Below are positions 54,531 to 64,000 of a DNA stretch of 64,000 bases, piece by piece. Under the pieces are notes generated by a model. That model saw only the letters and a list, made by a program, of their open reading frames with translations, had not been told where the DNA came from and made no database searches. Source of the stretch: Pyrinomonadaceae bacterium (GTDB taxonomy: Bacteria; Acidobacteriota; Blastocatellia; Pyrinomonadales; Pyrinomonadaceae); NCBI GenBank assembly GCA_046313635.1, contig JBKBYA010000001.1:863481-927480 (forward strand), in the 5' to 3' direction. How positions within the stretch are numbered: the first letter of the stretch is position 1; the number at the start of each line of letters is the position of its first letter. The position numbers were made by a program, and so were the translations under genes.

Positions 54531-56018
54531 ATGGAAACCTCAACACCACACGGGGCATACAGGATACTCCTGATGAACACCCTTGCGTTCACCGTCTGCT
54601 TCGCGGCGTGGATGCTCAACGGCGTTCTCGTCACGTTTCTTACTGTCAACCAGGTCTACAAGTGGAGCGCGGTCGAGGTCGGCTGGCTGCTCGGCATACC
54701 GGTCCTGACCGGATCGATCTTTCGGCTGCCGGCGGGAATGCTTACCGACAAGTACGGCGGCAGGCCGATATTCACGGGCCTGCTGTTTTTGACGGCGCTC
54801 CCGATGTATATGCTTTCGCGAGCTGATACGTACTGGGAGTTTGCGTTGTGCAGCTTCGGGTTTGGCCTGGTCGGCGTCAGCTTTTCGATCGGGATCGCTT
54901 ACACGTCAACGTGGTTTCCAAAGGAACGGCAGGGGCTCGCGCTGGGGATATTCGGCGCGGGCAACGCGGGGTCGGCACTCACGACGCTGATCGCGCCGTC
55001 GCTGCTTAACAACTTCACCGCGGGCGGCGCTGACGTCGAGGGCTGGCGAAGCCTTCCGCTCGTTTACTCGATCGCGCTGATCGCGACGGGCGTCGTCTTT
55101 TACACCTTCACGACAAACAAAAAGCCGAGGTCGGCCGCAAAGACCTTTCTCGAGCAGCTCGAGCCGCTGCGCAACATTCGGGTGTGGCGATTCGGGCTCT
55201 ATTACTTTCTGGTCTTTGGGTGCTTCGTTGCGTTCTCGCAGTGGCTCGTTCCGTACTTTGTCAACGTCTATTACCTGCCGCTCGTAACCGCCGGGCTTTT
55301 GGCGTCGCTATTCAGCTTTCCGTCGGGAGTGATCCGCGCTCTCGGCGGATGGATGAGCGATAAGTTCGGCGGGCGGCGAGTGATGTACTGGGTTTTGGGA
55401 TCGTCGGTCGTGCTGTCGTTCCTGCTGACGATACCGAAGATGGAGATCACCTCGCCCGGCAAGGGCGTCGTCGCGGAGCGCGACGGCGTCGTGACGGCTG
55501 TCAGCGAAGACTCGATCGTCGTCGGCGACAAGACCTATTCGCTGATCGTTCGGAGCGACGCGGCCCAGAACCTCGACGAGGGAATGATGGTCTTTCCGAC
55601 CAAAGTCTCCTGGCAGGAGCCGGTCGTCAGCGTCGGGCAGACCGTCAAGCGAAAGGAGCTGCTGGCGAAGGGCGTGACCAAGATCTACTTCCAGGCAAAC
55701 GTCTGGATCTTTGCCATTCTCGTGATGCTGCTCGGGACCGTCTGGGGCATCGGCAAGGCGGCCGTCTATAAGCACATTCCCGAGTATTTTCCCGAGGAGG
55801 TCGGCGTCGTCGGCGGGATGGTCGGAGTGCTGGGCGGGCTCGGCGGTTTTGTGAGCCCGATCATCTTCGGCTATCTGCTCGACGAGACGGGACTGTGGAC
55901 GAGCTCCTGGATGTTCATTCTTTTCTTGTCCGCCGTCTGCCTCTTCTGGATGCACGTCGTCATCCAGCAAATGATGCACAGCAAACACCCTGAGACGATG
56001 ACCAAGATCGAGCGCTGA
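54531..56018 (+). CDS. narK: nitrate/nitrite MFS transporter (NarK1-like) with inserted soluble loop domain
   Basis: FAAW, GSIFRLP.G...D.YGGR, GIFGAGNAG, RALGGW.SD, G.GKAAVYK; ~80-aa insertion. Confidence 0.9.
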   Translation: METSTPHGAYRILLMNTLAFTVCFAAWMLNGVLVTFLTVNQVYKWSAVEVGWLLGIPVLTGSIFRLPAGMLTDKYGGRPIFTGLLFLTALPMYMLSRADTYWEFALCSFGFGLVGVSFSIGIAYTSTWFPKERQGLALGIFGAGNAGSALTTLIAPSLLNNFTAGGADVEGWRSLPLVYSIALIATGVVFYTFTTNKKPRSAAKTFLEQLEPLRNIRVWRFGLYYFLVFGCFVAFSQWLVPYFVNVYYLPLVTAGLLASLFSFPSGVIRALGGWMSDKFGGRRVMYWVLGSSVVLSFLLTIPKMEITSPGKGVVAERDGVVTAVSEDSIVVGDKTYSLIVRSDAAQNLDEGMMVFPTKVSWQEPVVSVGQTVKRKELLAKGVTKIYFQANVWIFAILVMLLGTVWGIGKAAVYKHIPEYFPEEVGVVGGMVGVLGGLGGFVSPIIFGYLLDETGLWTSSWMFILFLSAVCLFWMHVVIQQMMHSKHPETMTKIER

Positions 56019-56054
56019 CAGCGTCGGGGAGAACTACCGGAAACCAATATCAAT

Positions 56055-57404
56055 ATGAGTACAACAACCTGGATCGAAAAGTGGACGCCGGAAGAAAGCA
56101 CCTTCTGGCAGTCCGAGGGCAGCCGAGTGGCGTGGCGGACGCTGAGCGTCACGACGCTGACGCTGATCTTGTCGTTCGCGACGTGGTTCATGATGAGCGC
56201 GATCGTCGTGCGGATGCCGGCGATCGGATTCAAGTTCACGCAGAACCAGCTCTTTTGGCTCGCGGCGATGCCGGGCCTCGCCGGCGGGACGCTGCGGATA
56301 ATCCACACGTTCCTGCTGCCCATCTTTGGGACGCGTCACATCATCACCTTCGCGACGCTGCTCAAATTGATCCCGTGCATCGGCATCGGCTTTGCGGTGA
56401 TGGACCCCTCGACGCCGTACTGGGTGTTTCTGGTGCTGGCCTTTACGGCCGGGTTCGGCGGCGGCGATTTTTCGTCATATATGCCGTCGACGAGCGTCTT
56501 TTTTCCAAAGCGGCTGCAGGGAACGGCACTCGGCATTCAAGCCGGATTGGGAAACTTCGGCGTCAGTCTCGCGCAGTTTCTGACGCCGCTGGTCATCACG
56601 TTCGGCGCCGTCGGAGCTTCGCAGACGCTCACCAAGGTCGACCCGCAGACCAAGGAAGTGATCGGTACGAGTCAAGTGTGGCTGCAGAATGCGGCGTTCA
56701 TCTATGTGCCGTTCCTGCTGCTCTTCGCCGGGCTCTCGTGGCACCTGCTGCGGAGCGTGCCGATCAAGGCCAGCGTCCGCGAGCAGCTCGACATTTTTAA
56801 GGACAAGCACACCTACTTTTGCACGATCACCTACATCATGACCTTTGGCGGCTTTTCGGGACTGTCGGCGGTCTTTCCGCTGCTGATCGCGACGCTGTAC
56901 GGCAAATTCCCGAACGCGCCCGACCCGCTCACATATGCCTTTTACGGTCCGCTGATCGGCTCGGCCAGCCGCATCGTCTTCGGCTTTGTAGCGGACAAAG
57001 TGGGCGGCGGCATCCTGACGCAGATCTGCGGCGTCGCGATGATAGCCATCACGATCGCGATGATCGCGCTCGGACTGCTGACGCCTGAATCGGCCGATCA
57101 GTTTCCGTTGTTCGTCGGGCTTATGCTGACGATGTTCTTCTTTACCGGTATGGGTAATGCCGGTACGTTCCGGCAGTACCCGATCATCTTTGGCCACAAC
57201 CCGCGACAGGCCGCGGGCGTCATCGGCTGGACGGCGGCGGTGGCGGCATACGGGCCATTCATTTTCTCGGTCTCGATCGGCACCGTGACGGCAGCCTACG
57301 GCAACCCGACGCCCTTCTTCTACGCTCTTGCGGCGTACTTCACCTTCGCGTCGGCGATCAACTGGTGGTACTACACACGCCCGGGAGCCGAACGCCCGAG
57401 CTGA
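56055..57404 (+). CDS. narK: nitrate/nitrite MFS transporter (NarK2/NarU-like)
   Basis: W.PE...FW, GGTLRI, GFGGGDFSS, GLGNFGVS, Y..TFG.F.G, GMGNAGTF. Confidence 0.93.
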   Translation: MSTTTWIEKWTPEESTFWQSEGSRVAWRTLSVTTLTLILSFATWFMMSAIVVRMPAIGFKFTQNQLFWLAAMPGLAGGTLRIIHTFLLPIFGTRHIITFATLLKLIPCIGIGFAVMDPSTPYWVFLVLAFTAGFGGGDFSSYMPSTSVFFPKRLQGTALGIQAGLGNFGVSLAQFLTPLVITFGAVGASQTLTKVDPQTKEVIGTSQVWLQNAAFIYVPFLLLFAGLSWHLLRSVPIKASVREQLDIFKDKHTYFCTITYIMTFGGFSGLSAVFPLLIATLYGKFPNAPDPLTYAFYGPLIGSASRIVFGFVADKVGGGILTQICGVAMIAITIAMIALGLLTPESADQFPLFVGLMLTMFFFTGMGNAGTFRQYPIIFGHNPRQAAGVIGWTAAVAAYGPFIFSVSIGTVTAAYGNPTPFFYALAAYFTFASAINWWYYTRPGAERPS

Positions 57405-57478
57405 CCATTTATCTCACTTCGCTCCCGGTGCCGGCCTGACGGCATAGGCACCGGGAAGATCTTTTATTCGAAACCTAT

Positions 57479-58996
57479 ATGAACTGCACAACGATCTCGC
57501 TCCGAACCGTTAGGCCGTCATTGGCCGGAGCTGCACTTATCATTCTCTTTTTATTTTTCGGCTCGACGCTGTCGGCGCAGACCGCCGGGACGGCGGCGGA
57601 TCGGCGAGAGCCGGCCGCCGGCGAAACCGAGGACCGCATCAGGCAGCTTGAAGCGCAGGTGCGGGCGATGCAGGCCGAGCTCGAGCGCATAAAACAAGGG
57701 CTCAGCGCGCAAGTGCCGGCGCAGACCGCACGCGACAACGATCAGGTCGCCGGCGCCGCTTCGACAAAGGCCGAGGTCGCACAGCCCGCGGCCGCTAAAG
57801 CGGAGACCGCACCACGAACTCAGCAAAAACAGATCGGTCTCGAGCTCGCGAGCGGCGCCCGGTTGATCCCTTACGGCACGATCTATTTCAACGCGTTCAG
57901 CAACAGCAACGCCGTAAATAATCAGGACGTCCCGCTGTTTGCCGTCCCGACCGGCCAGGGCGGCACGAGCGCGAGCCTCAGACAGACGCGCCTCGGTCTG
58001 CGGCTCGAGGGTGCGAAGCTCGGCAGCGCGCGGCTGGGCGGCGTGATCGAGGCAGACTTCTTCGGCGGGCTGCCGAGCGTCGGCATCGGCGAGAACTTCG
58101 GCATCGTCCGCATCCGTCTCGCCCACGCAAGACTCGACTGGGAAAAGACGTCGGTCACCGTCGGCCAGGACTGGATGCCCTTTGCACCGCTGAATCCGGT
58201 CTCGATCGCGTCGGCCGCGATCCCGCAGATGGCCGCGGCCGGCAACAACTGGGCGCGTATCCCGCTCGTGCGAGTCGACCGCAAATTGAACGCCGGATTC
58301 ACACTGACCGGCGCGGTACTCGCACCGCAGACCGGCGATCACCCTGCGTCCTCGTTCTTCCTGCAGACGACGTCGGGCTCGGCGTCGCGCGTGCCCTTCC
58401 TGCAGTCGCGCGTCGCGTTTGCCGACAAGAATTGGCTCGGCACAAAGAAGTCCGGCAGCATCGGACTGTCGGGCCACTTTGGGAGGTCGCGCGTGCTCAC
58501 CGGGCCATCGAACGCCAAGCGCGAGGTCGACTCCGTCGGGGTCGCTCTGGACTGGAGCTTCCCGCTCCACGCGAGATTGACGTGGGCAGGCGAGGCCTTC
58601 TTCGGCAGGGATCTCGGCGGATTTCAGGCCGGGATCTTTCAGGGGCTGAACACGGACTTTGCGTATCGCAGCGGCACCTCGGTCACTGCCGCCGGTGTCA
58701 GAGGGATCGGCACGCGCGGCGGCTGGACGCAGATCGGTCTTACGCCGGACGTGATGGACGATCGATGGACGCTGTACGCCTCGATCGGGCTGGACGATCC
58801 TCGAGACAGAGATCTCACGAGCGTCTCGAATATCAACTTTCGCACGCGCAATCTGGCGTTCGCGTTCAACACGATCTACAAGTTCACGCCGCAGTTCTGG
58901 CTCGGTGCGGAGTATCGCCGATTCAACACGCGCTACGTGAATACGGGCCGCCGCGTAAGCGACCACGTGAACCTCGGCGCGACGTACTCGTTCTAG
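57479..58996 (+). CDS. outer-membrane porin (DcaP-like) with N-terminal coiled coil
   Basis: Signal peptide, coiled coil, RQTRLGL, IEADFFG, RIRLAHA, GQDW; C-terminal ATYSF. Confidence 0.8.
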   Translation: MNCTTISLRTVRPSLAGAALIILFLFFGSTLSAQTAGTAADRREPAAGETEDRIRQLEAQVRAMQAELERIKQGLSAQVPAQTARDNDQVAGAASTKAEVAQPAAAKAETAPRTQQKQIGLELASGARLIPYGTIYFNAFSNSNAVNNQDVPLFAVPTGQGGTSASLRQTRLGLRLEGAKLGSARLGGVIEADFFGGLPSVGIGENFGIVRIRLAHARLDWEKTSVTVGQDWMPFAPLNPVSIASAAIPQMAAAGNNWARIPLVRVDRKLNAGFTLTGAVLAPQTGDHPASSFFLQTTSGSASRVPFLQSRVAFADKNWLGTKKSGSIGLSGHFGRSRVLTGPSNAKREVDSVGVALDWSFPLHARLTWAGEAFFGRDLGGFQAGIFQGLNTDFAYRSGTSVTAAGVRGIGTRGGWTQIGLTPDVMDDRWTLYASIGLDDPRDRDLTSVSNINFRTRNLAFAFNTIYKFTPQFWLGAEYRRFNTRYVNTGRRVSDHVNLGATYSF

Positions 58997-59142
58997 CGGG
59001 CGGTGAACGGCCTGATCGCCGGCCGAGCGCCGCATGACGCCCGTTCGGTCGGCGATGATCGCGGCAGAGCTTTAACTTTCGCGAGTGTTCTGCATTGGCT
59101 GCAGCGTTGAAGACGCGTCTTACGGCCGGTAGTATTCGAGGT

Positions 59143-59838
59143 GTGAGCGGCATCGACAAGATCGACACATTGCGGCAGACCGAGCTGTTCCGCGAGCTGG
59201 ACGACGCGGCCCTCGAGTCGCTCGCCGCGCACGCCGTCGAGAAGAAACTGGCCAAGGACGAACTGCTTTTTATCGCCGGCGAACGGGCGCGCGGGCTCTT
59301 CGTGATAGCAGAGGGCTCGGTCCGCGCGTTTCGCACCGGAGCCGATGGACGAGAACAGATCATCCACGTCGAGCGTGCCGTGACCACGATCGCGGAGGTT
59401 CCGGTCTTTGACGACGGCGATCATCCGTCGACGGCCGCCGCCGAAGAGCCGAGCGTCGTGCTTTTTATCCGCGCGGCCGACATCCGCTCCGTTTCGATCA
59501 GGCATCCCCAGCTCGCGCTCTCGGCCGCAAAGCTCTTGGCCGGGCGGCTGCGAAAGTGCGCCGAGCTGGTCGAGGCGCTCTCGCTCAGAGAGGTCGGCCA
59601 GCGCGTGGCGATGCAGTTCCTGGCCGAGGCCGCCTCGCGCGGCGTCGAGACCCCGCGCGGCATCTGCTTTGATCTCAAGATCACGCACAATCAGCTCGCC
59701 GCACGCATCGGCACCGTCCGCGAGGTGGTCACGCGTGCCGTCACGCGGCTCCAGGCCCAGGGCCTCGTCGTCGTCGACGGCAGACGTGTCACGATCCCCG
59801 ACGCATCTGCACTGCGCGACTACGTCGATCAGGGCTGA
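59143..59838 (+). CDS. Crp/Fnr family transcriptional regulator (Dnr/HcpR-like; no N-terminal Cys cluster)
   Basis: cNMP-type domain (LF..GE, DGREQI) and HTH THNQLAARIGTVREVVTR; GTG start. Confidence 0.92.
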   Translation: MSGIDKIDTLRQTELFRELDDAALESLAAHAVEKKLAKDELLFIAGERARGLFVIAEGSVRAFRTGADGREQIIHVERAVTTIAEVPVFDDGDHPSTAAAEEPSVVLFIRAADIRSVSIRHPQLALSAAKLLAGRLRKCAELVEALSLREVGQRVAMQFLAEAASRGVETPRGICFDLKITHNQLAARIGTVREVVTRAVTRLQAQGLVVVDGRRVTIPDASALRDYVDQG

Positions 59839-59995
59839 GTCGGCCGCCGGACCGGGCAAACTATTGTTAACCCGCCGAGTTTTATCTATCCTATACAAGC
59901 GCCGCCGCACAGGATCCCCAGTATCCGGCGGTGCTGTCGACTCTCTGAGCCCACTGTTTTTTGCCCGTGCGAACTTTTGTTCGATAGGAGGCGAG

Positions 59996-60370
59996 ATGGC
60001 AAAGACGGTCCTGGTTGTAGAAGATTTTGACGACGTGCGTAATGCGATGAAGTTCCTCGTGCAGCTCGGCGGGCACGAGGTGATCGAGGCCGCCGACGGG
60101 CGACAGGCGGTCGAGAGGGCATCGCAGCACCTGCCCGATCTCATCCTCATGGACCTTGCGATGCCGGTCTATGACGGCATCGAAGCGACGCGAGAGCTCC
60201 GTTCAGATCCCAAGACCTCAAAGATCCCGATCGTCGCCGTCACGTCTTACGGCCAGCAGTATCGCGAGCAGGCCCTTGCCGCCGGCTGCGACGAGGTGTA
60301 CGACAAGCCTCAATTGATGTCCGACCTGTCGATCGTGAACGATCTCGTCTCTAAATACGCTTCGGCATAG
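59996..60370 (+). CDS. single-domain response regulator (CheY/DivK-like)
   Basis: VLVVED, PDLILMDLAMP..DG, AVT, KP; AGGAGG RBS. Confidence 0.93.
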   Translation: MAKTVLVVEDFDDVRNAMKFLVQLGGHEVIEAADGRQAVERASQHLPDLILMDLAMPVYDGIEATRELRSDPKTSKIPIVAVTSYGQQYREQALAAGCDEVYDKPQLMSDLSIVNDLVSKYASA

Positions 60371-60443
60371 CGTGGCGATATCGATGCATTGGCAGCCGGT
60401 CGACCCGACAGTGCCGGTCGTCGCACGTTATCCTTGACGTGAT

Positions 60444-60920
60444 CTACTTCATTCGCGTCTGCAGCATCCGGTTGACGAAGGGATACGCGCCGCCGAGCAC
60501 CAGCCCGTAGACGATCTGCGACGCAAGCAGCCCCATCGCCGCCTTGCCCGTCGCAAGCGGCTGGCCCGCGAGCGTCTGCCAGAGGGCCACCGGACCGACC
60601 ATCCAGATCAGAAAGCCGTAGCTGATACCAAAGAGCCATCCGCCGCGCGCGTCGTTGGCCGACCTGCGAAAGATCGCAGCATAGAGCACCCCGCCGAGCA
60701 CGAGCAGAGCGGCGTCGACCGCGATCGTCTGCCAGAGTTCGAGCTTGAGGCCGTTAGCTTCGGTCGCGAGCGCGTTGCTCCAGCCGCGGAGCAGCAGCGA
60801 CGGGACGGCTGCGAGCGCTCCACCGATCGCCCCGGTCAGGAGCGGGCGATGCGTCGGCCCCGGCGTGTCGCCGTGAGCACGCATATACTGCATCGCCGAG
60901 ACGTCTGATCTGCCTTTCAT
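60444..60920 (-). CDS. 4-TM membrane protein
   Basis: Start at ATG 60920 overlapping the GH1 stop; GGWLFGISYG..W, SQIVYGLVLG. Confidence 0.75.
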   Translation of the reverse strand: MKGRSDVSAMQYMRAHGDTPGPTHRPLLTGAIGGALAAVPSLLLRGWSNALATEANGLKLELWQTIAVDAALLVLGGVLYAAIFRRSANDARGGWLFGISYGFLIWMVGPVALWQTLAGQPLATGKAAMGLLASQIVYGLVLGGAYPFVNRMLQTRMK

Positions 60921-62125
60921 GATGCGCTCCCCAGGGCGGCCGACTCTTCGTCGGTGAGCGGCAGCTTGCCGTCGTACATCCTGATCAGGTGCTTGTAGGC
61001 CTGGGCGACGGCGCGCGGCTCGCGATTGAGGTCGTACAGGCCGACCGGAAAGACGTTGCCGAGCGCACGCGTTAGACCGATGTTCCAATCGACCTGGTCC
61101 TGCAGGCTGTACCAGGTAAAGCCGACGACCGGCACGCCGCTGCGGCGGATCAGCTCGACGTTGTGCCATTGGCGAAGGAGCCAGTTTGGGGCCTCGCCGG
61201 CATCGGGCGTGTTGGTCTCGGTGTGCATCACGGGGCGTTTGTAGCGATCGTAGTACTGGCTCGTCACGACGTACCAGCCAAACAATTCGCCCAGCATCTC
61301 GGGCCTGCCGTCGCTGTTTATGACCTTCTCATTCCACTCGTAATAGTCGACGCCGAGTATCGAGCGGTCGCGTACGTTCTGCGACATGAACCACTCGTAC
61401 TCGTCGGCCGGCATCCCGTTGTCAGACAGGTAGCCGCGTACCGCGTCGCTCACCGGACGGCCGTAGAGCAGGTCGAGCGCGATAAAGCGGCGTTCGTTCT
61501 CAAAGTCCGCGATGCGCCGGATCTCTTCGGTCGGGCAGCACGCCTGGTAGAACTCGCTCGATTCGCTATTGACGAACACGGCGTCCGGGTTGATGCGTGA
61601 GATCGCCTGCATCATCAGCACGCTAGCGCGCGCGACATTGCGGAGCGCCGTGACAAATGCCCTCTCGTCGCGGAGCTGCTCATTCCATGCGCCCTCGAGA
61701 GCGCTCATACGGCTCGTGACGTACATTTCGTTGACTGGCGTGAAGAACCTGATCCACGGGTAACGCTCCGCGAAGCGCGAGGCAAACCAGGCGAGACATT
61801 CCGGAAGCTCCGGAGCCTGAAAGTCGCCGAGCCAGTCCGGCACGCCGAAATGCACCAGATCGACGATCGGGACGATGCCGAGCCGCCGCATCTCGGCGCA
61901 CACCGAGTCAGGGAACGACCAGTCGATCCGCTCGCGGTCGTAGTAGACCAGGTGCAGCGGAAAGCCGTAGCGCAGATACGCGAGCTCGAGCTCGCGGACG
62001 AGTTCGAGATCGCGGCGCCACCAGCGGTAATGATCGGTCTCGTGGAGCTGGTCGCGGCGCCATCGACCGTGATCGATCGTCGGGCAGCTGCATTCGATGC
62101 CGGTGGCAAAGATGAACTCAGACAT
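60917..62125 (-). CDS. glycoside hydrolase family 1-like protein
   Basis: FATGIEC, VDLVHFG.P, TPVNE (acid/base), GVDYY, HTETN (nucleophile), GFTWYS..D..DW. Confidence 0.88.
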   Translation of the reverse strand: MSEFIFATGIECSCPTIDHGRWRRDQLHETDHYRWWRRDLELVRELELAYLRYGFPLHLVYYDRERIDWSFPDSVCAEMRRLGIVPIVDLVHFGVPDWLGDFQAPELPECLAWFASRFAERYPWIRFFTPVNEMYVTSRMSALEGAWNEQLRDERAFVTALRNVARASVLMMQAISRINPDAVFVNSESSEFYQACCPTEEIRRIADFENERRFIALDLLYGRPVSDAVRGYLSDNGMPADEYEWFMSQNVRDRSILGVDYYEWNEKVINSDGRPEMLGELFGWYVVTSQYYDRYKRPVMHTETNTPDAGEAPNWLLRQWHNVELIRRSGVPVVGFTWYSLQDQVDWNIGLTRALGNVFPVGLYDLNREPRAVAQAYKHLIRMYDGKLPLTDEESAALGSAS

Positions 62126-62621
62126 TGAACCGGACCCTCCGCCCGACCGGGTATCCGACCGGCCGCGTGTACAGCGAGCCGAGCACCGCGCCGTAGATCA
62201 GATGCCCCAGCACGATCGTCAACGGTCCCCAGACACCCAGGCCCGATGCAAAGAGGCCGAGGCGGCCGGCGACCTCCGGCTGCATAAGCTCGAGCTGCGG
62301 CACCATCACCGAGCCGGCGAGCATGGCCGGCAGCAGCGAAAAAATGATGCCCTGCAGCACCGGACGAAGCTCGACCGCCGACCAGAAAAAATATGCGTAA
62401 AAGATCGCCCAGATCGCGCCCACCGCGGCGTGCATCGCGAGGCCGGCGGTCCACCATTGCCAGAACGGAGCATCCGCGCCCAAGGCCGTCATTCCGAGAA
62501 TGCGGACAATGTCGAACAACTCGACGCCGGCCGCCGCCAGCGGCCGAGCCGCCGCCTCCCACGCCGCGGCCCCCGCCACGCCGGCGAGGACAGCTCTCTT
62601 AAAAGCCACGCGTCTGATCAT
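62118..62621 (-). CDS. 4-TM membrane protein with two His
   Basis: Start at ATG 62621; GLAMHAAVG and GHLIYGAVLG. Confidence 0.78.
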   Translation of the reverse strand: MIRRVAFKRAVLAGVAGAAAWEAAARPLAAAGVELFDIVRILGMTALGADAPFWQWWTAGLAMHAAVGAIWAIFYAYFFWSAVELRPVLQGIIFSLLPAMLAGSVMVPQLELMQPEVAGRLGLFASGLGVWGPLTIVLGHLIYGAVLGSLYTRPVGYPVGRRVRFNV

Positions 62622-62736
62622 CGCAAATCGACCGCGGATGCAATGGGCCCGTCGTCTCGCTCTTATTCTCAAAAATCAAAGATAGCGGACGGCAAGTCAA
62701 GAAAATTCTTGACCTGGTCTGAGCCGGAAAAGAAGA

Positions 62737-64000
62737 ATGGACCTATCGGGAAACGACAATTTTAAGAGCGGCAACAGGGCCTCATCACGAACATCGATGG
62801 TCAAACAGCAGCCAGCACCCTCTCGCGTCGCGATCGCGCATACCGCCGAAAAGCATCGCTCGCCTGAACGCGTACTCGAGGTCACGAGTGAGGCTGTCGA
62901 GCTGCTGGGCGGAATGTCGCGCTTCGTCAGGCCGGGCGACACGGTCTTGCTGAAACCTAACCTGACGGTCTTTTACTCCGCCGAAGAAGGCTGCACCACC
63001 GACCCGCTCGTCGTAGGAGCTCTAATCCGGCTCGTGAGAGAGGCCGGCGCGGCGAGGGTGATCGTCGGCGAGTCGAGCGGCGAATTCTTTTCGTCGATCG
63101 AGTGCATGCAGATCACAGGCGTGGCCGCCGTTGCCGAGAAGGAGGGAGCCGAGCTCTGCGATCTCGGCAGCGGCGATACGCCGAGCCGCGCCGTGACGCT
63201 CGCCAACGGCGAGACCGTGCCGCGCCCGGCGCCGCTGCTCGATGCGGACGTCGTGATCAACATTCCAAAGGCCAAGACCCATCACTATGAGCCCATCTCA
63301 GGAGCGCTCAAGAACTGGATGGGCACCTGCAATCAAAAGTGGCGGCAGCATCACCACGGCGACGACGATTCGATCGCGCGATTCGTCGCGATAATGGCGC
63401 ACCGCAGGCCCGAACTGAACGTCGTCGACGCTCTGATCGCCGGCGAGGGCGACGGGCCGATCGCGAACCAGCCCCATTGGTGCGGATGCATTCTCGCTTC
63501 GGAGGACCCGGTCGCGATCGACGTCTCGATCGCGCGGCTTCTCGGTCAGGACGGCCCGGGCGTCGAGCTCAAGTACGCTGCAGAAGGGGAACGCCAGGGG
63601 CTCGGCACACGCACGAACATCGAGTACGTCGGACGCCCGATCGACGACGTCAGGATCGACGCATGGCGAGGGCATCGCGGCTTCGAATACCTGCCGATCA
63701 ACTTCATCGTCGGCGACGACGTCACGCTCGCCGGCACCGTCGGTCATGTCAAAAGCGCGATCGACTCGATGCTGCGGCGCGGTGAGCTCGCCGATCTGAT
63801 CTGGCTCAAAGGTACGCCGACGATAATGATCGGCAATGTCGAGGACCCAAACTTTGAGCGGCATCTCGACGAGGGGCCGTACATCGTATTCGACGACTCG
63901 GCCAGGGCCGAATACAAGGATGATCCGCGGGTGCATTTTGTCGGCGGCCACCCCGTACTTCGCGACGCTATGACGGGACTGCTTAGAGGATTCGGCGTCG
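62737..64000 (+). CDS. DUF362 domain protein (runs off window end)
   Basis: Not in the ORF track. Manual translation: ...LLGGMSRFVRPGDTVLLKPNL...TTDPLVV...IVGESS...INIPKAKTH...GALKNWMG...VDALIAGEGDGP...DPVAID. Start is 62737 or 62797. Confidence 0.88.
   Translation, partial: MDLSGNDNFKSGNRASSRTSMVKQQPAPSRVAIAHTAEKHRSPERVLEVTSEAVELLGGMSRFVRPGDTVLLKPNLTVFYSAEEGCTTDPLVVGALIRLVREAGAARVIVGESSGEFFSSIECMQITGVAAVAEKEGAELCDLGSGDTPSRAVTLANGETVPRPAPLLDADVVINIPKAKTHHYEPISGALKNWMGTCNQKWRQHHHGDDDSIARFVAIMAHRRPELNVVDALIAGEGDGPIANQPHWCGCILASEDPVAIDVSIARLLGQDGPGVELKYAAEGERQGLGTRTNIEYVGRPIDDVRIDAWRGHRGFEYLPINFIVGDDVTLAGTVGHVKSAIDSMLRRGELADLIWLKGTPTIMIGNVEDPNFERHLDEGPYIVFDDSARAEYKDDPRVHFVGGHPVLRDAMTGLLRGFGV

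Noticed and set aside
57551..59035. Long antisense ORFs (e.g. 494 aa here; also 6925-8205, 28505-29692, 36361-37599, 41566-42678)
   Set aside because: These are shadow frames of well-supported genes, expected from high-GC codon bias, with no recognisable motifs.
59408..59995. 320-aa ORF suggesting a fusion upstream of the response regulator
   Set aside because: It is an alternate-frame overlap with the Crp/Fnr gene; the receiver domain has its own RBS and ATG at 59996.

Overview
GC-rich bacterial chromosomal window, by gene style probably Acidobacteriota (Blastocatellia/Pyrinomonadaceae-like; inference only). 1-34.5 kb is mostly housekeeping: leuS, rsmI, lpxI, lipA, Fe/Mn SOD, truA, lpxK, trpG/pabA, hrcA-grpE-dnaK-dnaJ and YqeY. 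It is interspersed with secreted or membrane proteins, a Phd/RelE-ParE toxin-antitoxin pair and a four-helix-bundle gene bracketed by inverted tandem-repeat arrays. 34.7-40.5 kb is a ~1950-aa alpha-2-macroglobulin with an unusual multi-domain insert. The best candidate for an undescribed system is the five-gene cluster at 41037-45461. It encodes two different, highly diverged Ku-like proteins (by-eye alignment), a 67-aa ORF, an ATP-dependent DNA ligase with a WGR-like C-terminal domain, and an AEP primase/polymerase fused to a HAD phosphatase. Together these look like a non-canonical, LigD-free NHEJ-like end-joining module, preceded by a sigma-54-type promoter motif. 46.5-60 kb is a nitrate/NO island: ric, a hemerythrin, a NarI-like membrane protein + Nas/Nap-type Mo subunit + 4Fe-4S protein + Rieske protein complex, two NarK transporters, a porin and a Crp/Fnr regulator. 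No rRNA, tRNA, CRISPR array or transposase was recognised. All family assignments come from motif recognition by eye, not from database searches.
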